DNA from: Escherichia phage TrudiGerster
Strand: one strand, 5' to 3'
DNA length: 64,000 nt
Sequence record: MZ501108
The stretch's first letter is position 1. Every line of letters begins with the position of its first letter. The notes below the pieces were generated by a model. That model was given only the letters and a program-made list of their open reading frames with translations, was not told the origin of the DNA and did no database searches. Below are positions 31,036 to 41,373 of this stretch, in pieces. Both the position numbers and the translations under genes were made by a program.

Positions 31036-31142
31036 CTTTGTGCATACTTTCGCTTTATCTCTTGAATATCTATTCCTTGTTTCAGTTCACTCAAAACCTG
31101 GACTAAGATGCCCTCGAGATCTTTTCGTTCTTTACTAGCCAT
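31032..31142 (-). CDS. small ORF (36 aa) translationally coupled between HNH and SbcD-like genes
   Basis: ATG 4 nt upstream of the HNH stop, TGA overlapping the SbcD ATG (ATGA); below the 60 aa cutoff of the ORF track; hypothetical. Confidence 0.3.
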   Translation of the reverse strand: MASKERKDLEGILVQVLSELKQGIDIQEIKRKYAQR

Positions 31143-31554
31143 TATATGGTAGTGTTTTTTTTTTTTTATTATAATACAAACGTAGAGTATATGTACTTGA
31201 TTTGACATTGTAGCTTATATTTCCAGAATAATTTTCTATATTCTGCATGTTAGATCGGTGATCACCGTTTTTGAGGTTGTCCCATCTATTATCGTGTCGT
31301 ATGCGATTATCATGGTCAATTTCTTCTGGCATCTCCCCGGTTTGCATTAACCAAATAAGTCTGTGCAACCTATATTTAGTTCCAAATACCATAGCATCTA
31401 AATATCCAGACTGCTTAGAGGGAGTTCCTACAGGTTTTCCTACACAATCTTTAGGAAGTCCATTTGACCATACTTTATAGGTTACAATACCTGTATCTGG
31501 ATCATATGAGAATCTACGATGACATTCATTGTACAACTTAACTAAATCATCCAT
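31135..31554 (-). CDS. HNH homing endonuclease
   Basis: 139 aa; HNH_3-like EIDHDNRIRHDNRWDNL; contains a 13-nt homopolymer near its 3' end. Confidence 0.72.
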   Translation of the reverse strand: MDDLVKLYNECHRRFSYDPDTGIVTYKVWSNGLPKDCVGKPVGTPSKQSGYLDAMVFGTKYRLHRLIWLMQTGEMPEEIDHDNRIRHDNRWDNLKNGDHRSNMQNIENYSGNISYNVKSSTYTLRLYYNKKKKTLPYNG

Positions 31555-31557
31555 AAG

Positions 31558-31586
31558 TTAAAAATAAAGGGGCATGAAGCCCCTTT
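31558..31586 (-). terminator. rho-independent terminator after SSB-like gene
   Basis: minus-strand hairpin aggggc-ttcat-gcccct followed by ttatttttaa. Confidence 0.7.
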
Positions 31587-31591
31587 GGTTA

Positions 31592-32365
31592 TTAGTCGTC
31601 CAGATCGCTAGCAGCTTCTGCATCGATACCTTTCTGGGAACCAGCTTCGGAACCACCCTTAGCATCGCCACCTTCCTGCTTCTCACGTCCTTCCATGAAG
31701 GCATCTACTGCTTCTTTCTGTTCTTCGTAAGACGGAACCGGATAGGTTTCTTCCAGAGAAGGAACTTTCTCGAACTTCAGGAAATCGCCATTTTCATCGC
31801 TCAGTGCTTCACCGAGGATATCTACATCAGCAGCGTGTAACTTAGACTCAGCACTGTTAGGATCTTTCAGTTTCATCTGGAACTGCATTGCTGCAATCTG
31901 TTGTACATCGTACTCAGTTTCGAAGCCTTTACCTTTCTTCTCGATAGAGATATCGATATCGAACGGATCGGATAGTTCAAGCTGTTTCATGATAGACTTG
32001 ATGCCTTTCAGGATAGTAGCTTTAACTTCCATTACTTTCAGTTTGTTATCAGAACGGTCGATAACGAAAGCGATGTAGTTCTTCTTAGGTTTCAGCGGAA
32101 CACGATTACCCTCTTTGTCCAGATCTTTCTCGAAGAAGCCCATTTCATGGATCGGGTCAGCTTTACCACGAACAAAGCTCTCTTTAGTACGGTTGAAACG
32201 CAGGCACTCAAACGGAGCTGCATTACCATCTTTGTTAGTCAGCCAGTAGACATAACGCGGAAGAACACCAGAAACGATACGAACACGAGTGATACCGTTG
32301 TTGAATTTCAGGAAGTCGATTTTATCGTTAGAACCGCCAGTAGTTTCGCCCCAAGACTTAGCCAT
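31592..32365 (-). CDS. putative ssDNA-binding protein
   Basis: 257 aa, biased high-expression codons, acidic C-terminal tail (DAEAASDLDD) typical of SSBs; assignment tentative. Confidence 0.5.
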   Translation of the reverse strand: MAKSWGETTGGSNDKIDFLKFNNGITRVRIVSGVLPRYVYWLTNKDGNAAPFECLRFNRTKESFVRGKADPIHEMGFFEKDLDKEGNRVPLKPKKNYIAFVIDRSDNKLKVMEVKATILKGIKSIMKQLELSDPFDIDISIEKKGKGFETEYDVQQIAAMQFQMKLKDPNSAESKLHAADVDILGEALSDENGDFLKFEKVPSLEETYPVPSYEEQKEAVDAFMEGREKQEGGDAKGGSEAGSQKGIDAEAASDLDD

Positions 32366-32642
32366 ATTTTATTTCCTCAATAAATGTTAATTTCGATTTG
32401 TTAATTGCGATTAGTGGGTTAGTGTCGATTACAGAACGTGGTATCCATATCGGAACATATTGCATGTCCAAACTCGGATCGTTTGTAAACTTGTATTCGG
32501 CATAATTTCGTAGACTTAAAATTCCTAGATATTCTGCCAGTTGTCTATTAGACAGTTTGCGTGGATTATCAACTATCGTTGATTCATTCAAAATGAATGA
32601 GGAGCCGACCAGCAATTGGTGAGCATCAGGCTCTGCAAGCAT
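32358..32642 (-). CDS. hypothetical protein
   Basis: 94 aa ORF downstream of tandem promoters; start uncertain (frame open upstream without ATG). Confidence 0.35.
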   Translation of the reverse strand: MLAEPDAHQLLVGSSFILNESTIVDNPRKLSNRQLAEYLGILSLRNYAEYKFTNDPSLDMQYVPIWIPRSVIDTNPLIAINKSKLTFIEEIKYG

Positions 32643-32749
32643 TCTATTAAATAACTTAACAATCAGGTCGGAATTTCCTCTAGCTAGTAAGTATAGCTTT
32701 TCATAGTCGAAGAATTTAATTTTTGTTTTCTCCTCGAATTTATGTATAT

Positions 32750-32779
32750 ATTATACTAGATTTCGAGAGAATTTAGCAA
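32750..32779 (-). promoter_or_regulatory. early promoter (minus strand), proximal copy
   Basis: minus strand TTGCTA - 18 nt - TATAAT followed by conserved ATATACATAAATT and GAGGAG. Confidence 0.55.
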
Positions 32780-32850
32780 GTACAATTTTTATTTTTCTGC
32801 TTCGGACTTTCTTATCAATCCGAAACTTTCTCTCTCAAATTTATGTATAT

Positions 32851-32879
32851 ATTATACAATAATTATGAACTGTTGCCAA
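32851..32879 (-). promoter_or_regulatory. early promoter (minus strand), distal tandem copy
   Basis: minus strand TTGGCA - 17 nt - TATAAT followed by the same ATATACATAAATTTGAGAG box; overlaps 3' end of helicase gene. Confidence 0.45.
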
Positions 32880-34215
32880 ATGCAATTTTAGCTAACTGTA
32901 CTGCTTTCTCCGGAGTCATAGTAATAGTTTTCCATGCATTATTGCGATACACGGCCATACGTCCGGAAGCCTGTCTTAAACCAGTGCCACCTTTCATAAT
33001 TAGGTCTACTACTATCGGATCTAACTTCCCATCAACTATACGTTGTACACGACCTGCTAACTGTTCTATTAACGATTCGTTATTAATGAGACTTCCCATT
33101 ATTAAACAAGACAGCTCGTTAAGAGAAATACCTTCGGAGAAGATACTTTGTGCAGCAGCAAGACAACATGGACCACCTTCTGCTACTTCCTTCTGGATTC
33201 GCAGACGATCATCGAGTGGAGTTGCACCAATAATCTCGTAGGTTGTAACACCTCGCTGAGACAGTGCTTCTAGTATCGTTTGTATTAGTTCTGTCCTGTC
33301 ACTCACAAACAGAACCTTATGTCCCATGTTCACATACAGATGCGCCAGATTAATAATAGTCTGACGATATTCAGGGTTAGAATACACATCATTAGCACGT
33401 AAAGCCCACGGAACGTTCTGGTTTCCAGACAATTCAACCGGTACGGAGTACCTGTGGATTGTAGGAGCGACAGTATTATTAACCGGAGGGCTAAAGATCT
33501 TATATCCAAAGAAATCTTTGAACATAACCTGCAAACCATCCTTACGTTTTAACGTACCGGATAGCCCAATCTTGTAGCGGGCACAGGAAATTTCCAAGAA
33601 ATTAGTAAATGTAGTTGCAACACAATGGTGAACTTCATCCACAATAACTGTTCCAAACACTTTGGACAGCTGATTAGCGTGTTTATTTACTGTTTGTATA
33701 TTACTAACCACAATAGGTGGGTCAATATTATACTTTCCTGAACCAATAACTCCAGGTTCAAACCCAAACCATTTACGAACTTCGGCCATCCACATTTCAC
33801 GGATGGAAGTATTCGTACAGATTACCAGAGTTTTCTGTCCAAACTTATACGCAAGTGCTAATGCTAGGATAGTTTTACCAAATCCTGGCTTACCATTGAT
33901 AATGCAGGTATCATCACACTCTTCATAAATAGGTAACTGATCTTCTTCACGCAGTTTAAAAGATGGTTCTGGAATATAAACCGGAGCCAATGTGCGTTTA
34001 TCAACCAGTTCGTACTTCACTCCCTTAGCATCTAGTAAATCCAGACGTGTAATGGGAATCCACTTAATCTCTTTAGCAACAACACCGCTATTCTTATACA
34101 TAATAGGGTATTTACTTGTCATTGTCTCGACATGGTAAGTGGTTTGCTTACTACAATAATCCCAAAGTTCATCATCGGGCTTGAAATAGGCTTTATTAGA
34201 TATAACAACCTTCAT
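32863..34215 (-). CDS. SF2 helicase (DEAD/DEAH-box family)
   Basis: 450 aa; Walker A GKPGFGKT, DEVH box (VIVDEVHH), C-terminal helicase motifs. Confidence 0.8.
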   Translation of the reverse strand: MKVVISNKAYFKPDDELWDYCSKQTTYHVETMTSKYPIMYKNSGVVAKEIKWIPITRLDLLDAKGVKYELVDKRTLAPVYIPEPSFKLREEDQLPIYEECDDTCIINGKPGFGKTILALALAYKFGQKTLVICTNTSIREMWMAEVRKWFGFEPGVIGSGKYNIDPPIVVSNIQTVNKHANQLSKVFGTVIVDEVHHCVATTFTNFLEISCARYKIGLSGTLKRKDGLQVMFKDFFGYKIFSPPVNNTVAPTIHRYSVPVELSGNQNVPWALRANDVYSNPEYRQTIINLAHLYVNMGHKVLFVSDRTELIQTILEALSQRGVTTYEIIGATPLDDRLRIQKEVAEGGPCCLAAAQSIFSEGISLNELSCLIMGSLINNESLIEQLAGRVQRIVDGKLDPIVVDLIMKGGTGLRQASGRMAVYRNNAWKTITMTPEKAVQLAKIAFGNSS

Positions 34216-34709
34216 AATTTTATTCTAAGTCTAGGAATTTCAGGCTCCTCTTGATGGACTTGATAAATAACAGGGCTATTATTTACCAGAATATAGCTTA
34301 TATAAGCTGGTACACTAGAAAGCACGAATGGATACGGAACCTTCGCTACGTAACATTGATACTTTCCATTATAAATTCTTGCAGAATGCAGAACTTTCGC
34401 AGTCACAACATCATAGAACGTAGTTTTCTTCCAGTTAATAAGATTTCCATCAGAATCTATAAACTGGGTACGTTTCGATCCCACTAACTGGGACAGCATT
34501 GATATTCTACCACGAATAGGATAGAGTTTGTAAGGTAATTCCTTTCGTTCCTCGTATAGAACAAGCCTACGTTGAGAAAATGTGCCAGGCAACTTCCTGT
34601 TATCCAGCACATATTTGTTATATCTTGTAGTTATTACGGAATAATCACCTTCTTGCTCAATTCTTTCAAAAGCCCGCAGTGCGTATACGGGCAGTTTGAA
34701 ATTAAGCAC
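34212..34709 (-). CDS. hypothetical protein
   Basis: 165 aa ORF overlapping stop/start between polymerase and helicase genes. Confidence 0.45.
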   Translation of the reverse strand: MLNFKLPVYALRAFERIEQEGDYSVITTRYNKYVLDNRKLPGTFSQRRLVLYEERKELPYKLYPIRGRISMLSQLVGSKRTQFIDSDGNLINWKKTTFYDVVTAKVLHSARIYNGKYQCYVAKVPYPFVLSSVPAYISYILVNNSPVIYQVHQEEPEIPRLRIKL

Positions 34710-37269
34710 CGAGAATCCTTTTCACGTTATCCAGATCTTTACATACAGCGATAAACTTATCATCCTTGTACTTGCTGTGGTCTGGATGCTCTTTATCCAT
34801 AGCTGCTAACTTCTTGTATTCGAAGTCTGCGTCTAATAATACACCCTTAACATAACGAGTATATTCATCATCATCGATACACGCAATAGACGGGTGCTGT
34901 TTCTTCATCTTACCGCAGGAGTAGTCACGAGAACCCCCAGCTTCGGAGTCAGAATCAATACCGATTGGGCAATCAGGAATACTGATACCACGGTCTTTCT
35001 GAATGTTACGAATCAGAATCTGGTTATACTGCTCAATCAGATCTTCACGTACAATGGCAACCACGGAGTCGTGAACCAACATGACGATCTTCATCTCCTT
35101 TCCTAGACCCAGGGACAGGATTTCTTCATCAGCATCAATAGCACCTAATAGGAGACTGTCAGAAGATGCAGACTGAATGATTGCGTTAAATCCAGAACGG
35201 ATTTCTTCACCCTGAACACCACGATCTTCGGAGTGGATGTTGTGAAGACGACGTTTACGACCAAAGTGACTATAGATGAATCCAAAGTTCTTGATCTGAT
35301 CGTGGCACTTATCAATCCAACGCTTAAGCTGAGGGAACTGACCGAAGTAAGTTTCGATGTAATCTTTCGCATCTGCAACAGTACATTCAGTGAACGGTTC
35401 ACCAGTTTTAGCTGCTTGCTCAAGCAATGCTTCGTTAACAGAATGAGCTACCTTAGCTGGGCCAGAACCATACAGAATACCGAAGGTAATTGCCTTAGCT
35501 GCCTGACGCAGGGCTGGGAACAGTTTCTTAACATCACGTGGTTCACAGGATAACTTAAATACCATGTGGGCGATGTTAGAGTGGAAGTCAGGATACTTAT
35601 CCGGCTCATTTTTCATGTTGATGAATACTTGTTGCATGTTTCTGTCACCAGACAGTACAGCAGCATAGTAAACTTCAGCAGTTGTTAAGTCCCATGCGAT
35701 TACACGATATCCAGGTGGTGCAACTACACAACCCTTGATAATAGATTCATCACGAGGTAACTGTTGCAAGTTCAGTTTACCAGAAGAACTCAGACGACCA
35801 GAAGTAGTCATGTGTTCGTGGAAACCTGTACGGATGCAACCATCGGCATCGATACTCAGAAGAATCTTCTCAACATAAGTAGAGATCAGCTTAGTCAGCT
35901 TACGAATCTCTAGCAGAGTCTTAGCAATCGGATGTTGAGTTGCTAATTCATTCAGAGCTTCTGCGTTCGTAGAATCTGCACCAGTATCCGTCAACTTACC
36001 AGTTGGAGCCAAACCAACATAATCGAACAGAAGAACACGGAGCTGCTTAACAGAGTTCGGGTTAAACGCTTCATTCTGATCCTGTTCTAGTTGCTTAACT
36101 TCTGGATAAGTATACAGATGCTCACGAGCCTTATTCAGACGATGAGTCAATTGATACTGAGCTTCTTTCAGACGATCTACGGAAATAGGTACACCACGAT
36201 CTTCAACACGTTGCAGGAATACACAACCGGGCATCAGAACTTCGTAATACAGATCACGCAGTTTCTCGTTCTTCTCAATCTTCGGTAAGAAGAAATTGTG
36301 CAGACGCAGAGTCGCATCGGTATCCTTCGCAGCATATGGCCACATAATATCAAATGGAATCAGATCATAGCTGAAATCCTCTTTCTTGATCTTATGCGCT
36401 TTGCAATAATCGTCCTTGAACTTATCGAGTTCAAAGTCGTAGTCACCCATGTCAGTATACTTCATAGCCAAAGATTTCAGGCCGTGAGTACCACGACGTT
36501 CATCGAGAACATAGTGCTGTAACATGGTATCATGAAGTCTACGCTCTTTACTTGCTTTCTCGAAGGAAAGTCCTAGATGGTAGGAGTAAAAGTGCATATC
36601 GAACTTCAAGTTATGGAAAACAATGTCATGCTTCTCACTGTCCAGGATCTTCTGGAGATAATGGACTGTCACTTCCGTAAGCACATCGGCATCAATATAA
36701 ACACCCTGATACTCTTGGTGAGAAATGGAAACACCAAGCAGATAACCATCACGGCAATACAGAGCCGAGGTTTCGGAGTCAAATGCGATCGGGCCGATAA
36801 CCATGGTATACACCATCTTGATGTATTCTTCGGCTTCATCAGGATCTGTAATCGGGCGATAATCACCAGCTTTAGCAATTTTCTCCCGACCATTAATAAT
36901 GTCATGAATGCTTTCAACAGTTGCTTCAAAGACTGGTTTCATTTCAGGTTTAAAGTGTAACTGGGCTGGACTAATACTTGCAATCCAGTTCGCATAGCCA
37001 TTATGCTCTACACGTTTACCGGTATAATCACCAATACCTTTCTTGCCTGCAAAATACAGGAAAGGTTCAGCACCAACTAGTACAACAAAATCGTAATCAT
37101 TCGGATCGAATGGATTCTCTGGAGTTCCAATGGTAATATGCTTTTTCAGCAAACGCCCAGATAACTTCTCGTTACACATATGGAATACATCAACTTCCTC
37201 ACCGTAAAGCTGGAAGTGTTTATCATAACGAGTATTATTTAGAGCTTTATCAACTACTGCAATTTTCAA
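34702..37269 (-). CDS. DNA polymerase, family A, with 3'-5' exonuclease domain
   Basis: 855 aa; exo motifs (IAFDSETSAL), pol motifs (RRLHDTMLQHYVLDE, palm-like VMLVHDSVV); apparent TTG start after AAGGAGA. Confidence 0.9.
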   Translation of the reverse strand: MKIAVVDKALNNTRYDKHFQLYGEEVDVFHMCNEKLSGRLLKKHITIGTPENPFDPNDYDFVVLVGAEPFLYFAGKKGIGDYTGKRVEHNGYANWIASISPAQLHFKPEMKPVFEATVESIHDIINGREKIAKAGDYRPITDPDEAEEYIKMVYTMVIGPIAFDSETSALYCRDGYLLGVSISHQEYQGVYIDADVLTEVTVHYLQKILDSEKHDIVFHNLKFDMHFYSYHLGLSFEKASKERRLHDTMLQHYVLDERRGTHGLKSLAMKYTDMGDYDFELDKFKDDYCKAHKIKKEDFSYDLIPFDIMWPYAAKDTDATLRLHNFFLPKIEKNEKLRDLYYEVLMPGCVFLQRVEDRGVPISVDRLKEAQYQLTHRLNKAREHLYTYPEVKQLEQDQNEAFNPNSVKQLRVLLFDYVGLAPTGKLTDTGADSTNAEALNELATQHPIAKTLLEIRKLTKLISTYVEKILLSIDADGCIRTGFHEHMTTSGRLSSSGKLNLQQLPRDESIIKGCVVAPPGYRVIAWDLTTAEVYYAAVLSGDRNMQQVFINMKNEPDKYPDFHSNIAHMVFKLSCEPRDVKKLFPALRQAAKAITFGILYGSGPAKVAHSVNEALLEQAAKTGEPFTECTVADAKDYIETYFGQFPQLKRWIDKCHDQIKNFGFIYSHFGRKRRLHNIHSEDRGVQGEEIRSGFNAIIQSASSDSLLLGAIDADEEILSLGLGKEMKIVMLVHDSVVAIVREDLIEQYNQILIRNIQKDRGISIPDCPIGIDSDSEAGGSRDYSCGKMKKQHPSIACIDDDEYTRYVKGVLLDADFEYKKLAAMDKEHPDHSKYKDDKFIAVCKDLDNVKRILGA

Positions 37270-37330
37270 ATTTAGTCTCCTTTTGGTAAGTAAGTATAAC
37301 TTCAGTGTTTCTTCTCTAACTTACCAATAT

Positions 37331-37360
37331 ATTATACCAAATCTTTAAGCGATTCAGCAA
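37331..37360 (-). promoter_or_regulatory. early promoter upstream of DNA polymerase gene
   Basis: minus strand TTGCTG - 18 nt - TATAAT followed by a diverged ATATATTGGTAAG box. Confidence 0.45.
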
Positions 37361-38222
37361 CTAAAATTTCAATACGTTGTGCTAACGTATCGATCTCTTC
37401 TTTATTAAGATCACCTGGGTCTTTTCCTTCAGGAAGAAGGAAGTTACCAACTACAGGTGTTAAACGTGTTTTTGTACGGATTAATTTAGCCAATGCTTGG
37501 GCAGCTTTATTACCCGAAGCATCGTTATCTAGTAAGATAACTACTACTCTAACTCCAGCAATAATATATGGGCTGAACTTATCTGCAATGTTATCAGAAG
37601 TAAACTGATGTGTACCAAAGCAACAAGAGGCATAGTTTATCCCATTATCTTCTAGGTTCAACATATCAAAGATGCCTTCAACTAGAACGAGAACTGGAGT
37701 ATTATATCGTACAGGAAAAATCGGGGGTGAAACTTGTTTAGGTTTTACTAAGTATTTAGGAGGGGCAGAACTGTTTATAGAACGACCCAGGAATAGGATA
37801 TTACGTCCAACAGCATCTGTTATTGGGAACACGATTCTGCCTTCCCAGTCTGCTTGATGTTGGAAAGCAAAATATTTCTTCAAGGTCTTAGAACTGATAC
37901 CTCGGAAATCACCTTCGAAAAGGTAAGCAGATTCAGGAATTGCAAGATTCGTAGATCCATTCCTGATCTCTGAAATCTTTTTACGTACTTGTGACAATCT
38001 TGGTGACTGTCTGTACTGAGTCTCATTAAAATAATGGTAAATGCTCGGTATACCTTTACCGAAGCCGCAACTCAAGCAATGCATAACTCCTGATTCAGGA
38101 TCAATACGTAAACTTGGGTGCTTATCATCATGATCTGGGTTGAGACAACAGATGAGGATGTCCCCACCTGTGTCTTTGTATTCAATGCCTTTCAGATCAA
38201 GTAGTTCTGTTATCCTACTCAT
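37332..38222 (-). CDS. DNA primase
   Basis: 296 aa; N-terminal zinc-binding motif (CCLNPDHDDKHPSLRIDPESGVMHCLSCG) and TOPRIM-like acidic region (LVLVEGIFD, ILLDNDASG). Confidence 0.78.
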   Translation of the reverse strand: MSRITELLDLKGIEYKDTGGDILICCLNPDHDDKHPSLRIDPESGVMHCLSCGFGKGIPSIYHYFNETQYRQSPRLSQVRKKISEIRNGSTNLAIPESAYLFEGDFRGISSKTLKKYFAFQHQADWEGRIVFPITDAVGRNILFLGRSINSSAPPKYLVKPKQVSPPIFPVRYNTPVLVLVEGIFDMLNLEDNGINYASCCFGTHQFTSDNIADKFSPYIIAGVRVVVILLDNDASGNKAAQALAKLIRTKTRLTPVVGNFLLPEGKDPGDLNKEEIDTLAQRIEILVAESLKDLV

Positions 38223-39691
38223 ATATCTTTGGCCTCTTCACCTGAGGAATTTTCTGGTTTTTCTTTCTTAGCACGTTTAGGTTGGGCTGGTTTATCCTTC
38301 TCGATCGGAATAACAAATTCAGCTTCCATTTGAGTGATATCTTCCATTGCCAAGTTAGTAGTGTTATCCATTCGTAGAGTTTCCCAGTTCATCTTAGGCA
38401 TAAACTTCACACTATCAGAGGAACGAGTCTTAACGAAGTCAAACATAATAGCACCCTGACCATTATCAGCTTTAGCAGCATTAAGGTTGGCAGCCATGTC
38501 TGCGGAATCAAGGATACCTTTAGACATACGAGTTCTACCGTCTTGATCAATCTGGTAAGGAGCTACACCAGCAACATTATGTTTCTGGCATATAGATTTG
38601 AAAGATGAACTTACAACCATCTGCTCTTTCCAGTCATACATGTCAATGGTTTTGGAATCTGGAAGTCTAGTCTGGTTAATGTAGTCCAGTAGAGCTACAG
38701 TAACTTTATCACCATACTTAGCAACTAGTTTGTTTAGTTCTACGTCTACTGTAGTAATGGAGAGTTCGGGATCATACACAACGATCATTGGAGTATGTAA
38801 CTCATGACTTTCTAACAGCTTACTTTCCATATCATAGAAGTCGCTCATTCTAGCCATTGTGTACTGCTTAACGAAGTTATCGAAAAGTTCTTCACCACCA
38901 TTAAACATTCTAGCCCTAGTTCTTGCTAATCTCAAAAGAGGAGCGCCATCAAGGGTGTTGTTACGCATTGCCAGTGCAGATACACCAGCTAACATTGCTA
39001 AATTACGCCTAAACACTTCGTGCTCTTTCATCTCAATTGAGAAATATGGAGCAATGTCTCCATTCAAATATTGCTGAACCTGTATGTTTGAACAGATAAT
39101 GGATTTACCAGTACCACGCCAACCACCAAGCAGTAACGTTTCTGTACGAGCTAAACCAATTTGCGCGTCGAACTCATTACAAATACCAAGAGCAATCATG
39201 TTAAGTTTGGTATCTTCTTCTCTCTGGAAAATACGCATTGTGTCTGCGTTGAATACCTTTCCAGTATTCGTTACTTTCTCTTCTAATTTTAAGTGAAGGG
39301 AGGCAACCCTGTTGAGAATTTCTCCCTGATCCAGCATTGTTAAATCTTGAAGCACGTCTGTTTCTAGAAGTTTCAGGAATAGATCCTGTGTATATTCAGC
39401 TTCTAGGACTTCAAGTGCCTGTTCCATGCTCACTTCTGGAATTTGAGTGTTAGCTAAGACGACTAGAGCTTGAGAAAGGCGGGCGTTCCTGTTGGCCTCA
39501 AGCATAAGTGCGTCAATGGACGGCATTGCGTTATATTTTTTATAATAATTCTGGACGGCTTGGTAAATTGAGGAGAAAGCGTCATTAAAATGATCTTTAT
39601 GCAGTTTTGAGAATGTTTCCAATGCTATTTGTTTCTGTTCAGAAGCCAGAAGCATCTTCAACACTACAGCTTGCACGTTAAACAAGGTCAT
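38219..39691 (-). CDS. DnaB-like replicative helicase
   Basis: Walker A LLLGGWRGTGKS, Walker B-like MIVVYDPE; likely ATG start MTLFNV after AAGGAGA (track ORF extends to 39742). Confidence 0.75.
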   Translation of the reverse strand: MTLFNVQAVVLKMLLASEQKQIALETFSKLHKDHFNDAFSSIYQAVQNYYKKYNAMPSIDALMLEANRNARLSQALVVLANTQIPEVSMEQALEVLEAEYTQDLFLKLLETDVLQDLTMLDQGEILNRVASLHLKLEEKVTNTGKVFNADTMRIFQREEDTKLNMIALGICNEFDAQIGLARTETLLLGGWRGTGKSIICSNIQVQQYLNGDIAPYFSIEMKEHEVFRRNLAMLAGVSALAMRNNTLDGAPLLRLARTRARMFNGGEELFDNFVKQYTMARMSDFYDMESKLLESHELHTPMIVVYDPELSITTVDVELNKLVAKYGDKVTVALLDYINQTRLPDSKTIDMYDWKEQMVVSSSFKSICQKHNVAGVAPYQIDQDGRTRMSKGILDSADMAANLNAAKADNGQGAIMFDFVKTRSSDSVKFMPKMNWETLRMDNTTNLAMEDITQMEAEFVIPIEKDKPAQPKRAKKEKPENSSGEEAKDI

Positions 39692-39721
39692 TCTCCTTTG
39701 CACGCTTTCGTGCCTTCTAAA

Positions 39722-39754
39722 TGCAAAAAGGGGAAGGAGCATAGCCCCCTCCCC
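39722..39754 (-). terminator. terminator-like hairpin after the repeat-containing DNA-binding gene
   Basis: imperfect GC-rich hairpin followed on minus strand by tttttgcat. Confidence 0.5.
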
Positions 39755-39773
39755 TTAGGTTTAATTTACCAGA

Positions 39774-40541
39774 TTATTCAGCAGCCGCAGCTTTTGCATC
39801 CAGTTTAGCACGCTTAGCAGCACCATCATAGTCCTTAGCAACCAGACCACGACGAGACAGCATAGATTTAACACCGCGCTCAGACTTACCAGTTTTCTCA
39901 GCGATATCAGCAACAGTCATGTTAGCCAGATCCAGACCTTCTAACAGATCTTCGCGAGTTTTAGCGCTTGAAGTTTCCTGTACCGGCATTGCAGCGATAC
40001 GACCTTCACGAAGCAGGCTCAGAGCTTTACCACGGATCTGCTTGATATTGCGACCGAAGTGAGCAGCGATAGCTTCAATAGTTGCACCAGCAACAACCTG
40101 ATTAACGAAATCAGTTTCTTCGTCAGGAGTGAAGGAACGAACGGCAGCAGCTTTTTCAGTTGGCTTAACAGCAGCAGTCATTTCCAGACTCAGAATCTTA
40201 CCCTGTACCTGCTTAGCACCGAACTGACCACCAGCTACAGCAGCAGCGATTTCAGCGTAGGTATACTGACCAGCATGAGAGTTCAGGAAATCAACCAGTT
40301 CAGCTTCCTGCTCAGGAGTCCACGGGGATTTCTGTACTTCGTTAGCTTTCTGTACTTCGAAGCCTTCTTTACGCAGCTTAGAACCAACAGAGCGGGCGGT
40401 TACGTCCTTGCCAGTTTCAGCAGCCAGTTCTACAGCGATAGCAGCAACTTGTTCTTGAGAGATTACAGCTACACCCAGAGCAACGGCTTTAGCTTTCAGA
40501 GACTCGGTTACACCTTCTACGTTCCAGTTCAGTTTAGACAT
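39774..40541 (-). CDS. abundant DNA-binding-like protein with four tandem ~50-aa helical repeats
   Basis: 255 aa; repeated motif T(V/Y)xEIAxxxGxxxxx(V/I)xxKxLSLxxxG; very strong high-expression codon bias. Confidence 0.5.
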   Translation of the reverse strand: MSKLNWNVEGVTESLKAKAVALGVAVISQEQVAAIAVELAAETGKDVTARSVGSKLRKEGFEVQKANEVQKSPWTPEQEAELVDFLNSHAGQYTYAEIAAAVAGGQFGAKQVQGKILSLEMTAAVKPTEKAAAVRSFTPDEETDFVNQVVAGATIEAIAAHFGRNIKQIRGKALSLLREGRIAAMPVQETSSAKTREDLLEGLDLANMTVADIAEKTGKSERGVKSMLSRRGLVAKDYDGAAKRAKLDAKAAAAE

Positions 40542-40543
40542 TA

Positions 40544-41317
40544 TTATTTTTTCTCCAATAGTTCTTTAATCGACAGGATTTCTATCCCATTCGTTTCGGC
40601 TTTCTTATAAGATGAGGAAGAACGCTTTGATTCATCCTCACAGATGAGGTAGTTTACGTCTTTGGTAACGGACTTCTTAACCGTATATCCTAGACTTTCT
40701 AAGTAGTTTGTTGCATCCGTTCTATTTGCAAAATCTTGCAAAGAACCGGTAATACATACCACGATTCCGTTCGGTTGAGCAACTAAATCATCGATAAAGA
40801 TGATATCAGCTTTTGTGCCCCGAATACCAGAACTAAATTTCCATGGTAGTTCGATAACATCCTTGCCTTGTGGGGAATTTAGCCAGGCTTTATAATTTTC
40901 TCCAGCTTTGCCGTCAGCCTTAACATCATTAAAACTAATGCAACCCTGGGATAGCTTTTTAGCAGCAACCTCTCCAATCAGAGGGATTCCTAAAGAACCG
41001 AGAACTGAACCAAAGTCAATGTCTCCGCGAACCTTAGTATTTAACTCGCTAATTAACTTAGCGGCAACCTTACTTCCCACAGCTCCGACCAAATCTTCTT
41101 CGGTCAGGTAAAACAGTTCTGAGATCTTAGTCAGTTCCAGCTTTTCAATTGTTTTCGGGCCAAAGCCCTTTAACTTCATCTTTGTGCAGAAGTTCTCAAT
41201 TAACTTACTTGACTGAGCTGGACAGTTGGACTTATTCCGACAGAATAATTGTCCGTTGACAAGATCTAGCTTAGAACCACAAGAGGGACATTGTGTTGGA
41301 ATTTCGATTTTCATCAA
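40544..41317 (-). CDS. NAD-dependent DNA ligase, C-terminal part (Zn finger, HhH, BRCT)
   Basis: 257 aa; CPSCGSKLDLVNGQLFCRNKSNCPAQ zinc finger, HhH region GFGPKTIEKL, C-terminal BRCT-like IVVCITGSL...YLICED. Confidence 0.78.
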   Translation of the reverse strand: MMKIEIPTQCPSCGSKLDLVNGQLFCRNKSNCPAQSSKLIENFCTKMKLKGFGPKTIEKLELTKISELFYLTEEDLVGAVGSKVAAKLISELNTKVRGDIDFGSVLGSLGIPLIGEVAAKKLSQGCISFNDVKADGKAGENYKAWLNSPQGKDVIELPWKFSSGIRGTKADIIFIDDLVAQPNGIVVCITGSLQDFANRTDATNYLESLGYTVKKSVTKDVNYLICEDESKRSSSSYKKAETNGIEILSIKELLEKK

Positions 41318-41344
41318 ATTTCTTCCTTATCAATTTATATAACT

Positions 41345-41373
41345 ATTATAGCAAGTATTTAAGCATTTAGCAA
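41345..41373 (-). promoter_or_regulatory. early promoter upstream of ligase C-terminal part
   Basis: minus strand TTGCTA - 17 nt - TATAAT followed by AGTTATATAAATTGATAAGGAAG. Confidence 0.55.
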
